Shown here: piece by piece, positions 36,725-46,596 of the stretch
How the letters are laid out: the number at the start of each line of letters is the position of its first letter
Numbering within the stretch: position 1 is the first letter of the stretch
Origin: Clostridiales bacterium
GTDB lineage: Bacteria; Bacillota; Clostridia; Oscillospirales; CAG-382
Direction of reading: 5' to 3'
Length of the DNA: 62,595 bases
Assembly (NCBI GenBank): GCA_004553575.1
Contig: SFLA01000003.1
Span: 1-62,595 of the forward strand
The notes under the pieces: generated by a model
The model's database searches: none
What the model was told of the DNA's origin: nothing
What the model saw: only the letters and a program-made list of their open reading frames with translations
Made by a program: the position numbers and the translations under genes

Positions 36725-37018
36725 TTACCTTCCGTATGCTGTCTGTGCGTCCTGCGGATCTCCGGTCGTTTCGGTTACGGGGATCAGCGTTTCCGCCGTT
36801 CCGTTATACGGAAGTCCCTCAAACTCGGGTAAATACTGTACATCCTGTCTCTCCCCGCCGGCTGCGGTCACGGGGACAAGCTTTTCTTCTCCCGTTTCGG
36901 GATCGTATTCGATACAGCAGATCACGGTATCCCCGGGTTCATCTCCTGCGTCCGCGGATGTGGTTACCGGAATAAGCAGCACCGATACCGCAATCAGTAT
37001 CGCGGCAATGGATTTCAT
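36725..37018 (-). CDS. small secreted protein (97 aa)
   Basis: An internal ATG preceded by AGGGGGTG gives MKSIAAILIAVSVLLIPVTTSADA as a signal peptide. The 138-aa version in the track lacks an RBS. Confidence 0.45.
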   Translation of the reverse strand: MKSIAAILIAVSVLLIPVTTSADAGDEPGDTVICCIEYDPETGEEKLVPVTAAGGERQDVQYLPEFEGLPYNGTAETLIPVTETTGDPQDAQTAYGR

Positions 37019-37145
37019 ATTCTGCAAATCACCCCCTCGGTATTTGCTCCCGCGCGCATATGCCGCGGGATTGTTCTTCAAAAACTCTTGTACGGTCAAA
37101 CTGCGCTGAATCAACGCAGGTTTTATCCGTTGCCACGGCACGAAC

Positions 37146-39245
37146 TCAACCCATCAAAATTATACACAAAAGCGTGTGTTTTGTCAAGCATATTTGTGCA
37201 AAACGCGCAGTAACCGGCGCGAAAGACGGCAGATAAAAAGCGGCGGCGCCGTATCCGGCACCGTCGCTTTCGCTTATGTGTTGTTCTGCGGATTCGTAAT
37301 CGGGAAAGTCAAATTCGCCTGTGTCTATCTCTCCGAGATACTCTTCCCACGGAAGAGTGTCCGCGTTGCGGGCGCTGTCGAATGCGATACGTATAATGAC
37401 GCACAGGTACCTTGCCTTCATCCGCATGTTATCGCTGTCCAGCGCGTAGTTAAGGCCTCCTTCGTCGTAGGAAATAACAAGATTTTCCATTATTCTTGCA
37501 CGGTCCTCGGTCGGGAAGGACTTGGAATATGCGTCAACGAACCAGAAATTCCCGCCGTCGGAGGAGGTGTACGAATAATCGTTCATCTCGTTGCCGTATT
37601 CGTCGTGGTACGAATAATAGTAATCCCAGCCGGGCGGAACAAGCTCGGTCCAGCCGGACAGGTATCCGGTTCCGTCCTCCGTTTCTTTTTCGCTTATACG
37701 GTCGTCAGCAATATGCATAAGCTCGTGTACCATATTCTGACGAAGCAGATCGAAATTACCGTCAATGTCCGCAACCAGCACCCGTGTGTCTCCGTAGGTG
37801 TAGGTCAGCGCCGCAGCCGAGTTTATGCCTGATTCGGAAATGCTGTACAGCCCTCCCGAAAGATAAATATCTATGGACTTCACACTGCCGGCACACATTT
37901 CTTCGATCATTCCGTCGGGATACAGCGAAAGAGTGTCTTTTATTGTTTGGAGCGCGGGATATATCGAATGAAAGTCCGTGACGGTTTTTGAAAGATATTC
38001 GTCCGAAACAAAATCGTTTCCCTCGGTGCCGTAAAAAACCTCTATCCCGAAGGAATCGAACAGCTCCTGCCGCAGGGCTTCGGTTTTTTGTTCCAGCTCC
38101 CCGGGTGTAAGGAATTCGGCGTTGAGTCCGGTCCCGCCCGATGCGCGGAAATCCCACAGATACATCGATGTCTCTTCGTATCCTGAGCGTATAAGCACAA
38201 ATCCCGTGTCGGAAACGTAAGCATCGTATATCGGCTTATCGTCGAAATAGTCGCAGAGCGAATACCCGATTTCGTTGCAAAGATCGTATACCCTAATGCC
38301 TTCGAAGGTGCTTCCCATAAGCAGCGTACCCGAACGGTAATCGCGGAAATAACCGTCTTTCAGGTCGGTTGCGAACATTATGGCGCGCAAATCGGTGCCG
38401 AGCTTATCGACTGACATCATCGGGTATGTCGATGACGATACGTATACCGATTTTGAATAAGCTATATCGCTGCGCGGTTCGGTTTCGGTTACCTCAGCCG
38501 TCGCAATGTCGACTGTGTAGTCGCATCCGCTTTCCGAGCTTCCTATCAGCATTTTCCCGTCCCACTCGGCGCGCAGATACAGCGAACCGGCCGGTATTTC
38601 CGCTGTCTTCGAGCTTCCGTCCGAAAGCCTTACGGTCTTTATGCTGTTTTCATCAAACCGGAAGTAGGCAACATGTTCGCCGTCGGCGGTGAAAACATAC
38701 ACGAGAGCTTCCCCCGCGAGCGAAGCATCGCGGTAGGAGTACAGCTCGTTAAGCATGCCGTCGATTACGGTAAAGCTTCCGCTGTCCGTATCGTATATGC
38801 CGACAGCATTGTCAAGCTGAGAACCGATAGCATTTTCGCCGAAACTGACGGTCTTTTCCGAAAAAGCTCCTTCGGAAAGAAGGTATGACCGCGCAACGCA
38901 GCCGCCGTCGCCGTATGTCAGGGTAACCGCACATCCGCCGCATACGAACACCGCGCCGCTTGTATACGAACTGTCGGCGGGCAGACGGTAAACACCGTTA
39001 AAGATTTCTTCATACTTGCTCAGCACCGATCTGTCAGGCTCCGGCAGAGCGGTGTCCTCCCATTCCGGAGCTTTTTCCGTATCGCTCTCCTCCGCCGGCT
39101 CCGATATCGTGTCCGACGGTTCGTACGAAACGTCGGACTGCGGTAAGCAGGATGAAAGCGATATGAGCAGAATCAGCATCAGCAGTAACGGAAGATATGC
39201 TTTTATATGTCTTTTCATATCCATATGTGTTATCATGTTCTTCAA
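37146..39245 (-). CDS. lipoprotein with C-terminal HExxH (putative zinc metallopeptidase) region (about 690-699 aa)
   Basis: Signal peptide with lipobox (LLISLSSC). HELMH is encoded at 37713-37727. A TTG start overlaps the upstream stop (TTGA), and in-frame ATGs at codons 4, 8 and 10 are alternatives. Confidence 0.6.
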   Translation of the reverse strand: MKNMITHMDMKRHIKAYLPLLLMLILLISLSSCLPQSDVSYEPSDTISEPAEESDTEKAPEWEDTALPEPDRSVLSKYEEIFNGVYRLPADSSYTSGAVFVCGGCAVTLTYGDGGCVARSYLLSEGAFSEKTVSFGENAIGSQLDNAVGIYDTDSGSFTVIDGMLNELYSYRDASLAGEALVYVFTADGEHVAYFRFDENSIKTVRLSDGSSKTAEIPAGSLYLRAEWDGKMLIGSSESGCDYTVDIATAEVTETEPRSDIAYSKSVYVSSSTYPMMSVDKLGTDLRAIMFATDLKDGYFRDYRSGTLLMGSTFEGIRVYDLCNEIGYSLCDYFDDKPIYDAYVSDTGFVLIRSGYEETSMYLWDFRASGGTGLNAEFLTPGELEQKTEALRQELFDSFGIEVFYGTEGNDFVSDEYLSKTVTDFHSIYPALQTIKDTLSLYPDGMIEEMCAGSVKSIDIYLSGGLYSISESGINSAAALTYTYGDTRVLVADIDGNFDLLRQNMVHELMHIADDRISEKETEDGTGYLSGWTELVPPGWDYYYSYHDEYGNEMNDYSYTSSDGGNFWFVDAYSKSFPTEDRARIMENLVISYDEGGLNYALDSDNMRMKARYLCVIIRIAFDSARNADTLPWEEYLGEIDTGEFDFPDYESAEQHISESDGAGYGAAAFYLPSFAPVTARFAQICLTKHTLLCIILMG

Positions 39246-40228
39246 TCAATGTAATACGGCTGAGTAAACGCCTTTTTGCCGTCGGTCGATATCACTTCCG
39301 CACGCACGTACATGTCGCCGGGATTGGCGGTGAAGGATGCGGACGTGACAGGCTTGTCGCCTGTTATGAGCGCCGCGTGGCGGCATCCGGTTATAAAACG
39401 CACCGCTTTTGACGGCGGACATTCTACGGTCACGGTGTTGCCTTCGGCGTAAAAGGCGGTGATTTCGGCTCCGGTCGAGGCGTAGAAGTTACCCGCCTTC
39501 AGCGCGTTCATTATCTCGCCGTATTCCAGCGCAGGCGCTTTTATCATTACCCAGCCTCCGAAGGAATCGTTATCATGGTTGTGGTTGTCGTCCGTGCAGA
39601 CGCAGTATAACCGGTTTCCGTTTCTCAGCAGATCGTCCATTGCCTGGTCCTCGTACTCCGAGTTCCCGGATACGACGCATCCGTGATTGTATACCTCTAT
39701 GAAGTCAAGCCCCTTCAGCCCGGCGTAATCGTCGTATTTCTGAAGCGACCAGGCGGGGTGGTTGTAGGACACGAGAAATCCGTGCTCGTGCGCTTCTTTA
39801 ATAATTTCGTTAACGCCCTCGACGGAATATCTGCGGTAATATTCGCCGCTGCCCGCGTATTTGAGCGTCGGAATAATCTCCTTCGGCACACCCCAGCAGT
39901 TGCCCGGATGAAAGCATACATGTGTTTCGTTCTCCGGGTCGAGCGCGAACAGGTTTAGATGATAGGTGGGTACATGGTTAAAATCGGGGTGTCCGTATTC
40001 GCTTACCGCTATCTCATAGCCTTTCAGCGGAAGAAAATCGGGGGTGCGAAGCTCAGGGTGGGAGGTCAGATATTCATGGTCCGTAAAAGCGACCGCCGAA
40101 TATCCGTGAGCCGAATACTGCTCCTTTATCTCGGCCGGAGTCAGCCTGCCGTCGCTCATCGTCGAGTGGCAGTGAAGGTTTGCCTTGTAGAAGGTACCGG
40201 ATTCGGGAAGTAAAAAGCGTTTTGACAT
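39242..40228 (-). CDS. PHP-domain metal-dependent phosphoesterase (328 aa)
   Basis: N-terminal ANLHCHSTMSDG and later FTDHE motifs. Confidence 0.75.
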   Translation of the reverse strand: MSKRFLLPESGTFYKANLHCHSTMSDGRLTPAEIKEQYSAHGYSAVAFTDHEYLTSHPELRTPDFLPLKGYEIAVSEYGHPDFNHVPTYHLNLFALDPENETHVCFHPGNCWGVPKEIIPTLKYAGSGEYYRRYSVEGVNEIIKEAHEHGFLVSYNHPAWSLQKYDDYAGLKGLDFIEVYNHGCVVSGNSEYEDQAMDDLLRNGNRLYCVCTDDNHNHDNDSFGGWVMIKAPALEYGEIMNALKAGNFYASTGAEITAFYAEGNTVTVECPPSKAVRFITGCRHAALITGDKPVTSASFTANPGDMYVRAEVISTDGKKAFTQPYYID

Positions 40229-40346
40229 GATTGTTGTCCTTTCCGTATAACATTGTCTGTATGATGAAATTGACGTTTTGATTCATCGTTGTGCCGTAAG
40301 CGCCGCAGTAGCCCGACGCGTTGTCCGTCTTTGCGGGCGGCGGAGC

Positions 40347-43028
40347 TTATTGTTCTGCGAATACCGTCACCCGAACTGCGCGTACCTGATCTGTTTTGCA
40401 TTCAAAGCACAGTTTGTTTTCGCCCTCGGCGAGACTTACCGTCCGGTATTCATACTTCTCGCGCCCGCCGGTTCCTCCGGTCTGAAGGTATGCCGCGCTT
40501 TTTCCGTTAAGGGTCATTCTGATATCCGTTTGCGTAAGCTCTGAAGTATCGGATATTACGGTAATTCGTAACGTCGCTTTAACGGCTCTCTCGGAATTGA
40601 ACACCGCCTTGCCGTTTGTAATCCCCGCTTCGCAGATAAGCTTTCCCCGCCGCACGGCGGCGTTTCCGGCATTGCGTCCGTCCGCATCCGCGAGCAGGCT
40701 CAGACTTTTAAGCGCAGCGCGGCAGATATTCGCCGCACAGCTCTGTATCGCTCCGCGCGGCAGGCTTCCGTCCTTAAGCGATTCGAGCAGGTTGTCCTCG
40801 CGGGTCTCCGCGTCCGGAGTAACCATATAAATATCGTTTCCCGCCAGCACCATGCCGCGCAGATCGGTCACGCTTTCGTTTCCGTCCGCTCCGCTCAGTT
40901 TTGCCCACCAATCGGTCATAACGAATCCGTCAAACCCGAATCCGTCGCGGAGCAGACCGCGGCACAGCTCTCCGTCGGAGGCTGCCCAGCGCCCGTTGAT
41001 ACGGTTATATGAGGTCATTACCGCACATATGTCGCTCTCGGTAACAGTAATCTCAAAGGGGCGGGCATAAATCTCTCGCACGGCACGCTCGGAAATCACC
41101 GAATCGGCTCTGTGGCGTGAAAACTCCTGGTTGTTTCCCAGAAAATGCTTCACAGCGCCGCTCACACCCGCGGCGGAAAGGCCTCTTGCCACCGCCGCCC
41201 CCATCTTTCCGGCAAGCAGCGGATCCTCCGAAAAGTATTCAAAGTTGCGTCCGCACAGCGGGTCGCGGTGGATGTTAACGCCGGGTCCCAGCAGTATATC
41301 CACTCCGTAGGAGGCAAGCTCGTGTCCGCAGCATTCGTACATGCGCTCCGCCAAAGACGTGTTCCAGGACGCGGCAATGGCTGTCGCGCAGGGATACGCA
41401 AAGCATTTCGAATCGCTCACCATTCTTACTCCGGAGGGACCGTCGGTGCAGCACATGGTCGGTATTCCCTTCGCGCACAGGGAAGGGGTAACACCTCCGT
41501 AAGCCGCAGCGGTGCCGGGAGTGACCTTTGGCGAGCTCATTCCCTCGCCGCGTACTATACAGCACAGCTCCGCATCGCTTAGCTGAGCGATAAAATCGCT
41601 CATCTCCGCCTTGCCGCTTCCGACATCAGCCAGCTTGATTCCGCGGTCTCCGGTTTGCCGTATCTCCTCCGGAAACGGGTCAGGCAGTCTTTCGTCTTTA
41701 AGGGGCGCCGGGACGTACACGGGCTCCCCGCCTCTGTTTTCAAGACGCTCGAACGGCGTTACGGGCGCAAGCTCCTGTCTCAGCCGCTTCAGCACGCGGT
41801 TGTGCTCAAGCGTGAAGGAAAAGGCCTTTTCCGTATTGTCGGAGCTTTCGCCTACATACAGGACATATTCTCCCTTTTCGAGCAGCAGACAGCTTTTGCA
41901 GCCGGTATACCCGCCGTCGTCGTACGATGCAAGCGCCTCGTCCGGTACGGTTATCTTTACGGCGCAGATTTCGTCCGGCTTAAGCAAAGGCGTCTTTTCA
42001 AACCCGCACAGAATCCTTGCGGGCTTTCCGAGCGCTCCACGGGGCTGGGACGCATAGCACTGCACGGTTGCTTTTCCGGCGTATCCGCCGGTGTTCCGCA
42101 CCGTTACCGTAAGCTCGGTCGCGCCGTTTTCACGCCTTGCGTCCGATGGCGTTATGTCGAATTTTGTATAGGAGAGACCGAATCCGAAAGGGAACGCCAC
42201 ATCCTGAGGCGCAAACGTCAGATAGTACCTGTATCCGACGTAAATGTCCTCGGCGTATACGTTTCTCTCCGGGTTTCCGAAGTTGTTTTTTGTGGGAGCG
42301 GCGTCATATGATACCGGTATCGTATCGGGCAGATGTCCGCTCGGGCAGAACCGTCCCGTAAGCAGACCCGCAGCGGCAGTGCCGCCTTCTATTCCCGCCT
42401 GCCACAGCAGAAGTACCGCATCGGCGAGGTCAGTCCACGAGGTGTCTATGATACCGCATACATTAAGAAGCACGCACACGCTGCGGAAATGTTTTCTCAG
42501 CATGGTCAGAACATCGGACTCGGCGTCGGAAAGATAATAACTGCCTTTTTCCGGAACGCAGTCGCTGTCCTCGCCCGCCGTACGGGCAATCACCATAACG
42601 GCAACCCCGCACCGTTTTGCCGCCTCCGATATCATCGCTTCGTCCGGAACGGGCTCGCTCTGTGAATGCGGGTGTGTCCAGCCGTTCCCGGAGTCATACG
42701 GATTCATTGCGCAGAAATCGTCGTAATACTTTTCCGTATCCCCGTCGAGCATTACTCCCGCGTGCTTAAGCGAATCAAATATATTGGTAACGTACGGCGG
42801 GTTAACGCGGCCTCCGCTTCCCGTTCCCGAAAACAGATAGTGCTTCTGCATTCTGCCGAACACGCAGACTCTGTCGTGCTTCCCCAGCGGCAGTGTGTTC
42901 TTTTCGTTTTTAAGCAGCACCGCGCCTTCAGCCGCGCATTCAAGCGCATAAGGAGCCGAATCCGAGTAATAATATTTTCTTTTCCCGGTAAGGTATTCGT
43001 ATGCGATTCCGGTATTCATTCGCCTCAC
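40347..43028 (-). CDS. glycoside hydrolase family 3 beta-glucosidase-type enzyme with permuted domain order (893 aa)
   Basis: The alpha/beta sandwich (AVLLKNEKNTLPL) and FGFGLSYTKF come first. The TIM-barrel blocks (DGPSGVR, KHFLGNNQE, and GFVMTDWW with the nucleophile Asp) are in the C-terminal half. Confidence 0.9.
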   Translation of the reverse strand: MRRMNTGIAYEYLTGKRKYYYSDSAPYALECAAEGAVLLKNEKNTLPLGKHDRVCVFGRMQKHYLFSGTGSGGRVNPPYVTNIFDSLKHAGVMLDGDTEKYYDDFCAMNPYDSGNGWTHPHSQSEPVPDEAMISEAAKRCGVAVMVIARTAGEDSDCVPEKGSYYLSDAESDVLTMLRKHFRSVCVLLNVCGIIDTSWTDLADAVLLLWQAGIEGGTAAAGLLTGRFCPSGHLPDTIPVSYDAAPTKNNFGNPERNVYAEDIYVGYRYYLTFAPQDVAFPFGFGLSYTKFDITPSDARRENGATELTVTVRNTGGYAGKATVQCYASQPRGALGKPARILCGFEKTPLLKPDEICAVKITVPDEALASYDDGGYTGCKSCLLLEKGEYVLYVGESSDNTEKAFSFTLEHNRVLKRLRQELAPVTPFERLENRGGEPVYVPAPLKDERLPDPFPEEIRQTGDRGIKLADVGSGKAEMSDFIAQLSDAELCCIVRGEGMSSPKVTPGTAAAYGGVTPSLCAKGIPTMCCTDGPSGVRMVSDSKCFAYPCATAIAASWNTSLAERMYECCGHELASYGVDILLGPGVNIHRDPLCGRNFEYFSEDPLLAGKMGAAVARGLSAAGVSGAVKHFLGNNQEFSRHRADSVISERAVREIYARPFEITVTESDICAVMTSYNRINGRWAASDGELCRGLLRDGFGFDGFVMTDWWAKLSGADGNESVTDLRGMVLAGNDIYMVTPDAETREDNLLESLKDGSLPRGAIQSCAANICRAALKSLSLLADADGRNAGNAAVRRGKLICEAGITNGKAVFNSERAVKATLRITVISDTSELTQTDIRMTLNGKSAAYLQTGGTGGREKYEYRTVSLAEGENKLCFECKTDQVRAVRVTVFAEQ

Positions 43029-43153
43029 CTCTCAATCCCGATTTTAACAGACCGAATCCCGTAAGTCAACAAATTTATTAACATCTTGTATATTGAACCG
43101 GAGTACGGTATTAAGTATAATGGGTTATCGTCGTTAACCGGAGGTGTTCGCCG

Positions 43154-43822
43154 TTGCGCACAAAACTCTCAGAACGTCTTCTTCCGGATTATTCCCGCGG
43201 TGAAGAGATATTCAACATGGTGTCCCACATAGTGGGAGCCGCATTCGGTATCGCCGTGCTCGCCGTCTGTGTGACTGTATCCGCTGTAAGAGGGAATGTA
43301 TGGGGCGTGGTTTCTTCTGCCGTCTACGGGGTGTCCATGATTCTTCTTTACTGTATGTCCAGTATATATCACGGCCTTCGTCCCGGAACCGGCAAGAAGG
43401 TGCTTCAGGTGCTCGATCACTGCACCATATATCTGCTGATTGCCGGAACCTACACACCTATAGCCCTCTGCGCGCTCCGCCCAGAATACCCCGCCGTCGG
43501 TTGGGTGGTATTCGGCGTGGAATGGGGCTGCGCCGCCCTGGCGGTCACCCTTACCGCTATAGATTTAAGGCAGTTCCGGGTGTTTTCAATGGTGTGCTAT
43601 ATCGTTATGGGCTGGGCGATAATCTTCGCAATAGTCCCAACGGTTAAGGTACTCACTGTTGACGGATTTATGTATCTGCTCGGCGGCGGACTTTTGTATA
43701 CAATCGGCGCGGTGCTGTACGGTATCGGTTCAAAGCGCCGCTATATGCATAACGCCTTCCACGTTTTTGTTTTGCTGGGAAGCGCACTTCAGTTTGTCGG
43801 AATACTGCTTTACGTACTTTAA
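43154..43822 (+). CDS. hemolysin III / PAQR family membrane protein (222 aa, TTG start)
   Basis: Seven TM helices. Motifs include EEIFNMVSH, DHCTIYLLIAGTYTP and HNAFHVFVL. Confidence 0.85.
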   Translation: MRTKLSERLLPDYSRGEEIFNMVSHIVGAAFGIAVLAVCVTVSAVRGNVWGVVSSAVYGVSMILLYCMSSIYHGLRPGTGKKVLQVLDHCTIYLLIAGTYTPIALCALRPEYPAVGWVVFGVEWGCAALAVTLTAIDLRQFRVFSMVCYIVMGWAIIFAIVPTVKVLTVDGFMYLLGGGLLYTIGAVLYGIGSKRRYMHNAFHVFVLLGSALQFVGILLYVL

Positions 43823-43840
43823 TTCTGGGAGGAACCGAAT

Positions 43841-44242
43841 ATGGAACTCAAACCGGGAATAACCGGCAGCTCGGAATCCTTTGTTACCCGTTCTCAAACC
43901 GCCCGCAGCATGGACAGCGGAGCGCTCGAGGTTTTTGCAACCCCCGCGATGATCGCCGGGATGGAATCGCTTTGCCTGCACACGGCGGAGCCGTATCTCG
44001 ATCCGGGTACGACCACCGTCGGAACCCGACTTGAGATATCTCACCTGTCACCGACGCCCGAGGGCGCTCCCGTCAGGTACGAGTGCACCCTTACGTCGGT
44101 CGAGGGAAGAAAGCTCGTCTTTTCCGTCGCCGCATACGATCATTGCGGACTTATCGGAGAGGGGATACACGAACGGTATATCGTCACCGTCGGAAGCTTC
44201 ACCGCGAAGGTGTCCGCAAAAGCGGAAAAAATCCCGGTATAA
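43841..44242 (+). CDS. hotdog-fold thioesterase family protein (133 aa)
   Basis: SGALEVFATPAMIAGME...GTRLEISHLSPTP pattern, as in FlK/YiiD-like thioesterases. Confidence 0.65.
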   Translation: MELKPGITGSSESFVTRSQTARSMDSGALEVFATPAMIAGMESLCLHTAEPYLDPGTTTVGTRLEISHLSPTPEGAPVRYECTLTSVEGRKLVFSVAAYDHCGLIGEGIHERYIVTVGSFTAKVSAKAEKIPV

Positions 44243-44275
44243 GCGGGATTTTTTGCTTTTTGTGCGTTTTTACCC

Positions 44276-44304
44276 TTGAAAATCCGCGCGTTTTCCGCTA
44301 TAAT
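44276..44304 (+). promoter_or_regulatory. sigma-A type promoter
   Basis: TTGAAA, 17 nt spacer, TATAAT, upstream of the CarD-like gene. Confidence 0.5.
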
Positions 44305-44338
44305 ATTAACGGAATAAGCGGAAGGGAAAGGCGTAAAA

Positions 44339-44854
44339 ATGGATTATTCAAAGGGCGAGCATGTCGTGTACGGATCGAACGGCGTTTGCCTTATCGAGGA
44401 CATATCGTCCCGCAGCTACCCCGGCGACGGGCCAGAGCGCACGTATTACACACTGAGGCCGCTTAACAGCCCTTCGTCAACCCTGTATGTCCCTGCGGAC
44501 AACGAGCAGCTTTGCGCACGTATCCGCCGCGTCCTGACTCCCGAACAGGTCGAGAGCATTGTGGCCGGAACAAAAGGCGATAAGATGGAATGGAACGACG
44601 ACCGCAAGCAGCGGATCGCCGGCTTCCGCGATCTTATTAACCGCGGCGATATCCGCGGTATAATACTCATGGCCTGCTGCATATACAACAAGCGTATATC
44701 CCTGCGCGGGCTCGGCAAGCATCTTTCCGACGCCGACGAGCATATGCTTCGTTCGGCGGAGCGTATGGTGGACGGGGAGCTTTCCTGGTCGCTGGGAATA
44801 CCCGAGTCACAGGTCGGCAGCTATATAAGGGGTGTACTCGGCATCGCCGATTAA
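44339..44854 (+). CDS. CarD/CdnL family transcriptional regulator (171 aa)
   Basis: N-terminal GEHVVYGSNGVCLIEDI...YYTLRP Tudor-like RNAP-interacting domain. Confidence 0.8.
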   Translation: MDYSKGEHVVYGSNGVCLIEDISSRSYPGDGPERTYYTLRPLNSPSSTLYVPADNEQLCARIRRVLTPEQVESIVAGTKGDKMEWNDDRKQRIAGFRDLINRGDIRGIILMACCIYNKRISLRGLGKHLSDADEHMLRSAERMVDGELSWSLGIPESQVGSYIRGVLGIAD

Positions 44855-44934
44855 CCTCAGGCAAACAGCAACAGCCCGCATGCTTTACAAGGCGGGCTGT
44901 TTCGGTATATTCACAACGGAGGTGTACAGAAATA

Positions 44935-45537
44935 ATGAGTTTTCGCATCATCACCGTAAGCCGCGAGTTCGGCAGCGGAGGACACACGGTTGCGGAGCAT
45001 GTGGCGTCCCGGTTGGGTGTACCTATATACGACAAGGATCTGGTACTCCGTATTGCCAAGGAAACCGGATTCGCCCCGCAGTATGTCGAGGAGGAAAGCG
45101 AATATGCACGCAGTAAGAGCGTGTGGTCGTACGCCTTCGCCGCTCCGGGAGTTCCGGGAATAATGGGCGGCATGACGGCGCCGGATTATCTTTGGGTAAT
45201 GCAGCGAAAGGTCATTCTCGATCTTGCCGAAAAGGAGGAATGCGTTATCGTCGGACGGTGCGCCGATTTCATTCTGCGCGATCGGACCGATTGTCTTAAC
45301 GTGTTCGTGCACGCCTCACCGTCCTTCCGCGCCTCCCGCATAGTCGAACTTTACGGCGAGAGCGAGGATCCGCCCGAAAAGCGCCTTGCCGATAAAGACG
45401 CAAAGCGCCGTGCACATTACCGCCATTTTACCGGCGGCGTGTGGGGAATGTCCGATAATTATCAGCTTTCGCTCGACAGCGGAGTACTCGGAATAGACCG
45501 CTGTACCGATATTATCGTTTCGGTTGCACGCGGCTGA
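44935..45537 (+). CDS. cytidylate kinase-like family protein (200 aa)
   Basis: IITVSREFGSGGHTVAEHVASRLGVPIYDKDLV N-terminus is typical of this family. Confidence 0.75.
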   Translation: MSFRIITVSREFGSGGHTVAEHVASRLGVPIYDKDLVLRIAKETGFAPQYVEEESEYARSKSVWSYAFAAPGVPGIMGGMTAPDYLWVMQRKVILDLAEKEECVIVGRCADFILRDRTDCLNVFVHASPSFRASRIVELYGESEDPPEKRLADKDAKRRAHYRHFTGGVWGMSDNYQLSLDSGVLGIDRCTDIIVSVARG

Positions 45538-45547
45538 TAAGCTCCGT

Positions 45548-46549
45548 TTATGATATCGATATCACGGTAAGCGTGCCGCCGTCAACCGTGAAACGCACTT
45601 CTTTCCCGCAATATTTGAATCCGTATTCCCGTCCCGGATCTTCTATATACTGCGGGCGGGGGTCCTGCTCCAGCGCGTCGGTAAGCGCCCTTTCCTCGTC
45701 CGGTGTCAATACTCCCTTTGCTTTATCCGTAAGGACCGCAGTCAGCCTGCGGTCTTTGTTTTCATCTGCAAATCCGCCCGCCGCGCCGGATATCGAGTCG
45801 GCAAAGGGCAGGTAGGGCTTTATGTCGTATACCGGTGTACCGTCCGTCATGTCCGCGCCGGTGCAGCTTATAATTCCCCGCTCCGGGTCGATTTTATCAA
45901 TCTTCATTGCGGTAAGACCTATGGGGTTGGGTCTGAACGGCGACCTTGTGGCAAATACTCCCATTCTCCTGTTGCCGCCGAGTCTCGGAGGTCTGACCGT
46001 AGGCGACCAGCCCTCGCGCTCCGCAAGCGAAAAGCCCCATATAACCCAGATATGCGAAAACCCTTCAAGCCCGCGCAAAGCCTCCGGCACACTGTATTCC
46101 GGCATAAGAACAATGTCCGCCTTTACCTCGGATATCCCGCTTCCCTGTCTCGGAAGTCCGAACTTGTCCGGGAAAGAATTCTTAACGTGCGCAATCACCT
46201 TTATGTCCGGCGCGACCGTCCGTATGCCGATACCTATCACCCCGTATTCACGCTCGCGTTCGGGAGTGTATATGCCGTACATTGCGTTAACCGCATCGTC
46301 GATTCTCATGCCGCGGCATCCGATTGCGGCACAGCCCACCTCCTCGAAAAGTCCGCGGAAGGTTGCGTTGCGGTGCAGGGAGGTCACAACCGTCCTTATA
46401 CTGCCGTTCCCGCCGGACTCGCGGAATATTATCCGGTCTCCGACCGCAACGGAGAGTCTTTTTTCGTCGTACAGCCTTACTTCAACCGTTTTGCTTCCCG
46501 CCGCAACCGCGGCAAAAGGCTTGGGATCGAGCCGCATCTCGTGTATCAT
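45548..46549 (-). CDS. trmO: ASCH domain fused to tRNA (t6A37-N6)-methyltransferase TrmO/TsaA (333 aa)
   Basis: Residues 1-110 are ASCH-like (HEMRLDPKPFAAVAAGSKTVEVRLYDEKR...GDRIIF). The rest is TsaA (KNSFPDKFGLPRQ, FATRSPFRPNPIG, GTPVYDIKPY). Confidence 0.8.
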   Translation of the reverse strand: MIHEMRLDPKPFAAVAAGSKTVEVRLYDEKRLSVAVGDRIIFRESGGNGSIRTVVTSLHRNATFRGLFEEVGCAAIGCRGMRIDDAVNAMYGIYTPEREREYGVIGIGIRTVAPDIKVIAHVKNSFPDKFGLPRQGSGISEVKADIVLMPEYSVPEALRGLEGFSHIWVIWGFSLAEREGWSPTVRPPRLGGNRRMGVFATRSPFRPNPIGLTAMKIDKIDPERGIISCTGADMTDGTPVYDIKPYLPFADSISGAAGGFADENKDRRLTAVLTDKAKGVLTPDEERALTDALEQDPRPQYIEDPGREYGFKYCGKEVRFTVDGGTLTVISIS

Positions 46550-46596
46550 GACTTCACCTCACCGTATTTTAACACGCCGCTTTATGTATTTCAACC

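Noticed and set aside
36725-37141. 138-aa version of the small secreted protein ORF
   Set aside because: The N-terminal 41 residues have no RBS. The internal ATG at 37018 has AGGGGGTG upstream and yields a canonical signal peptide.
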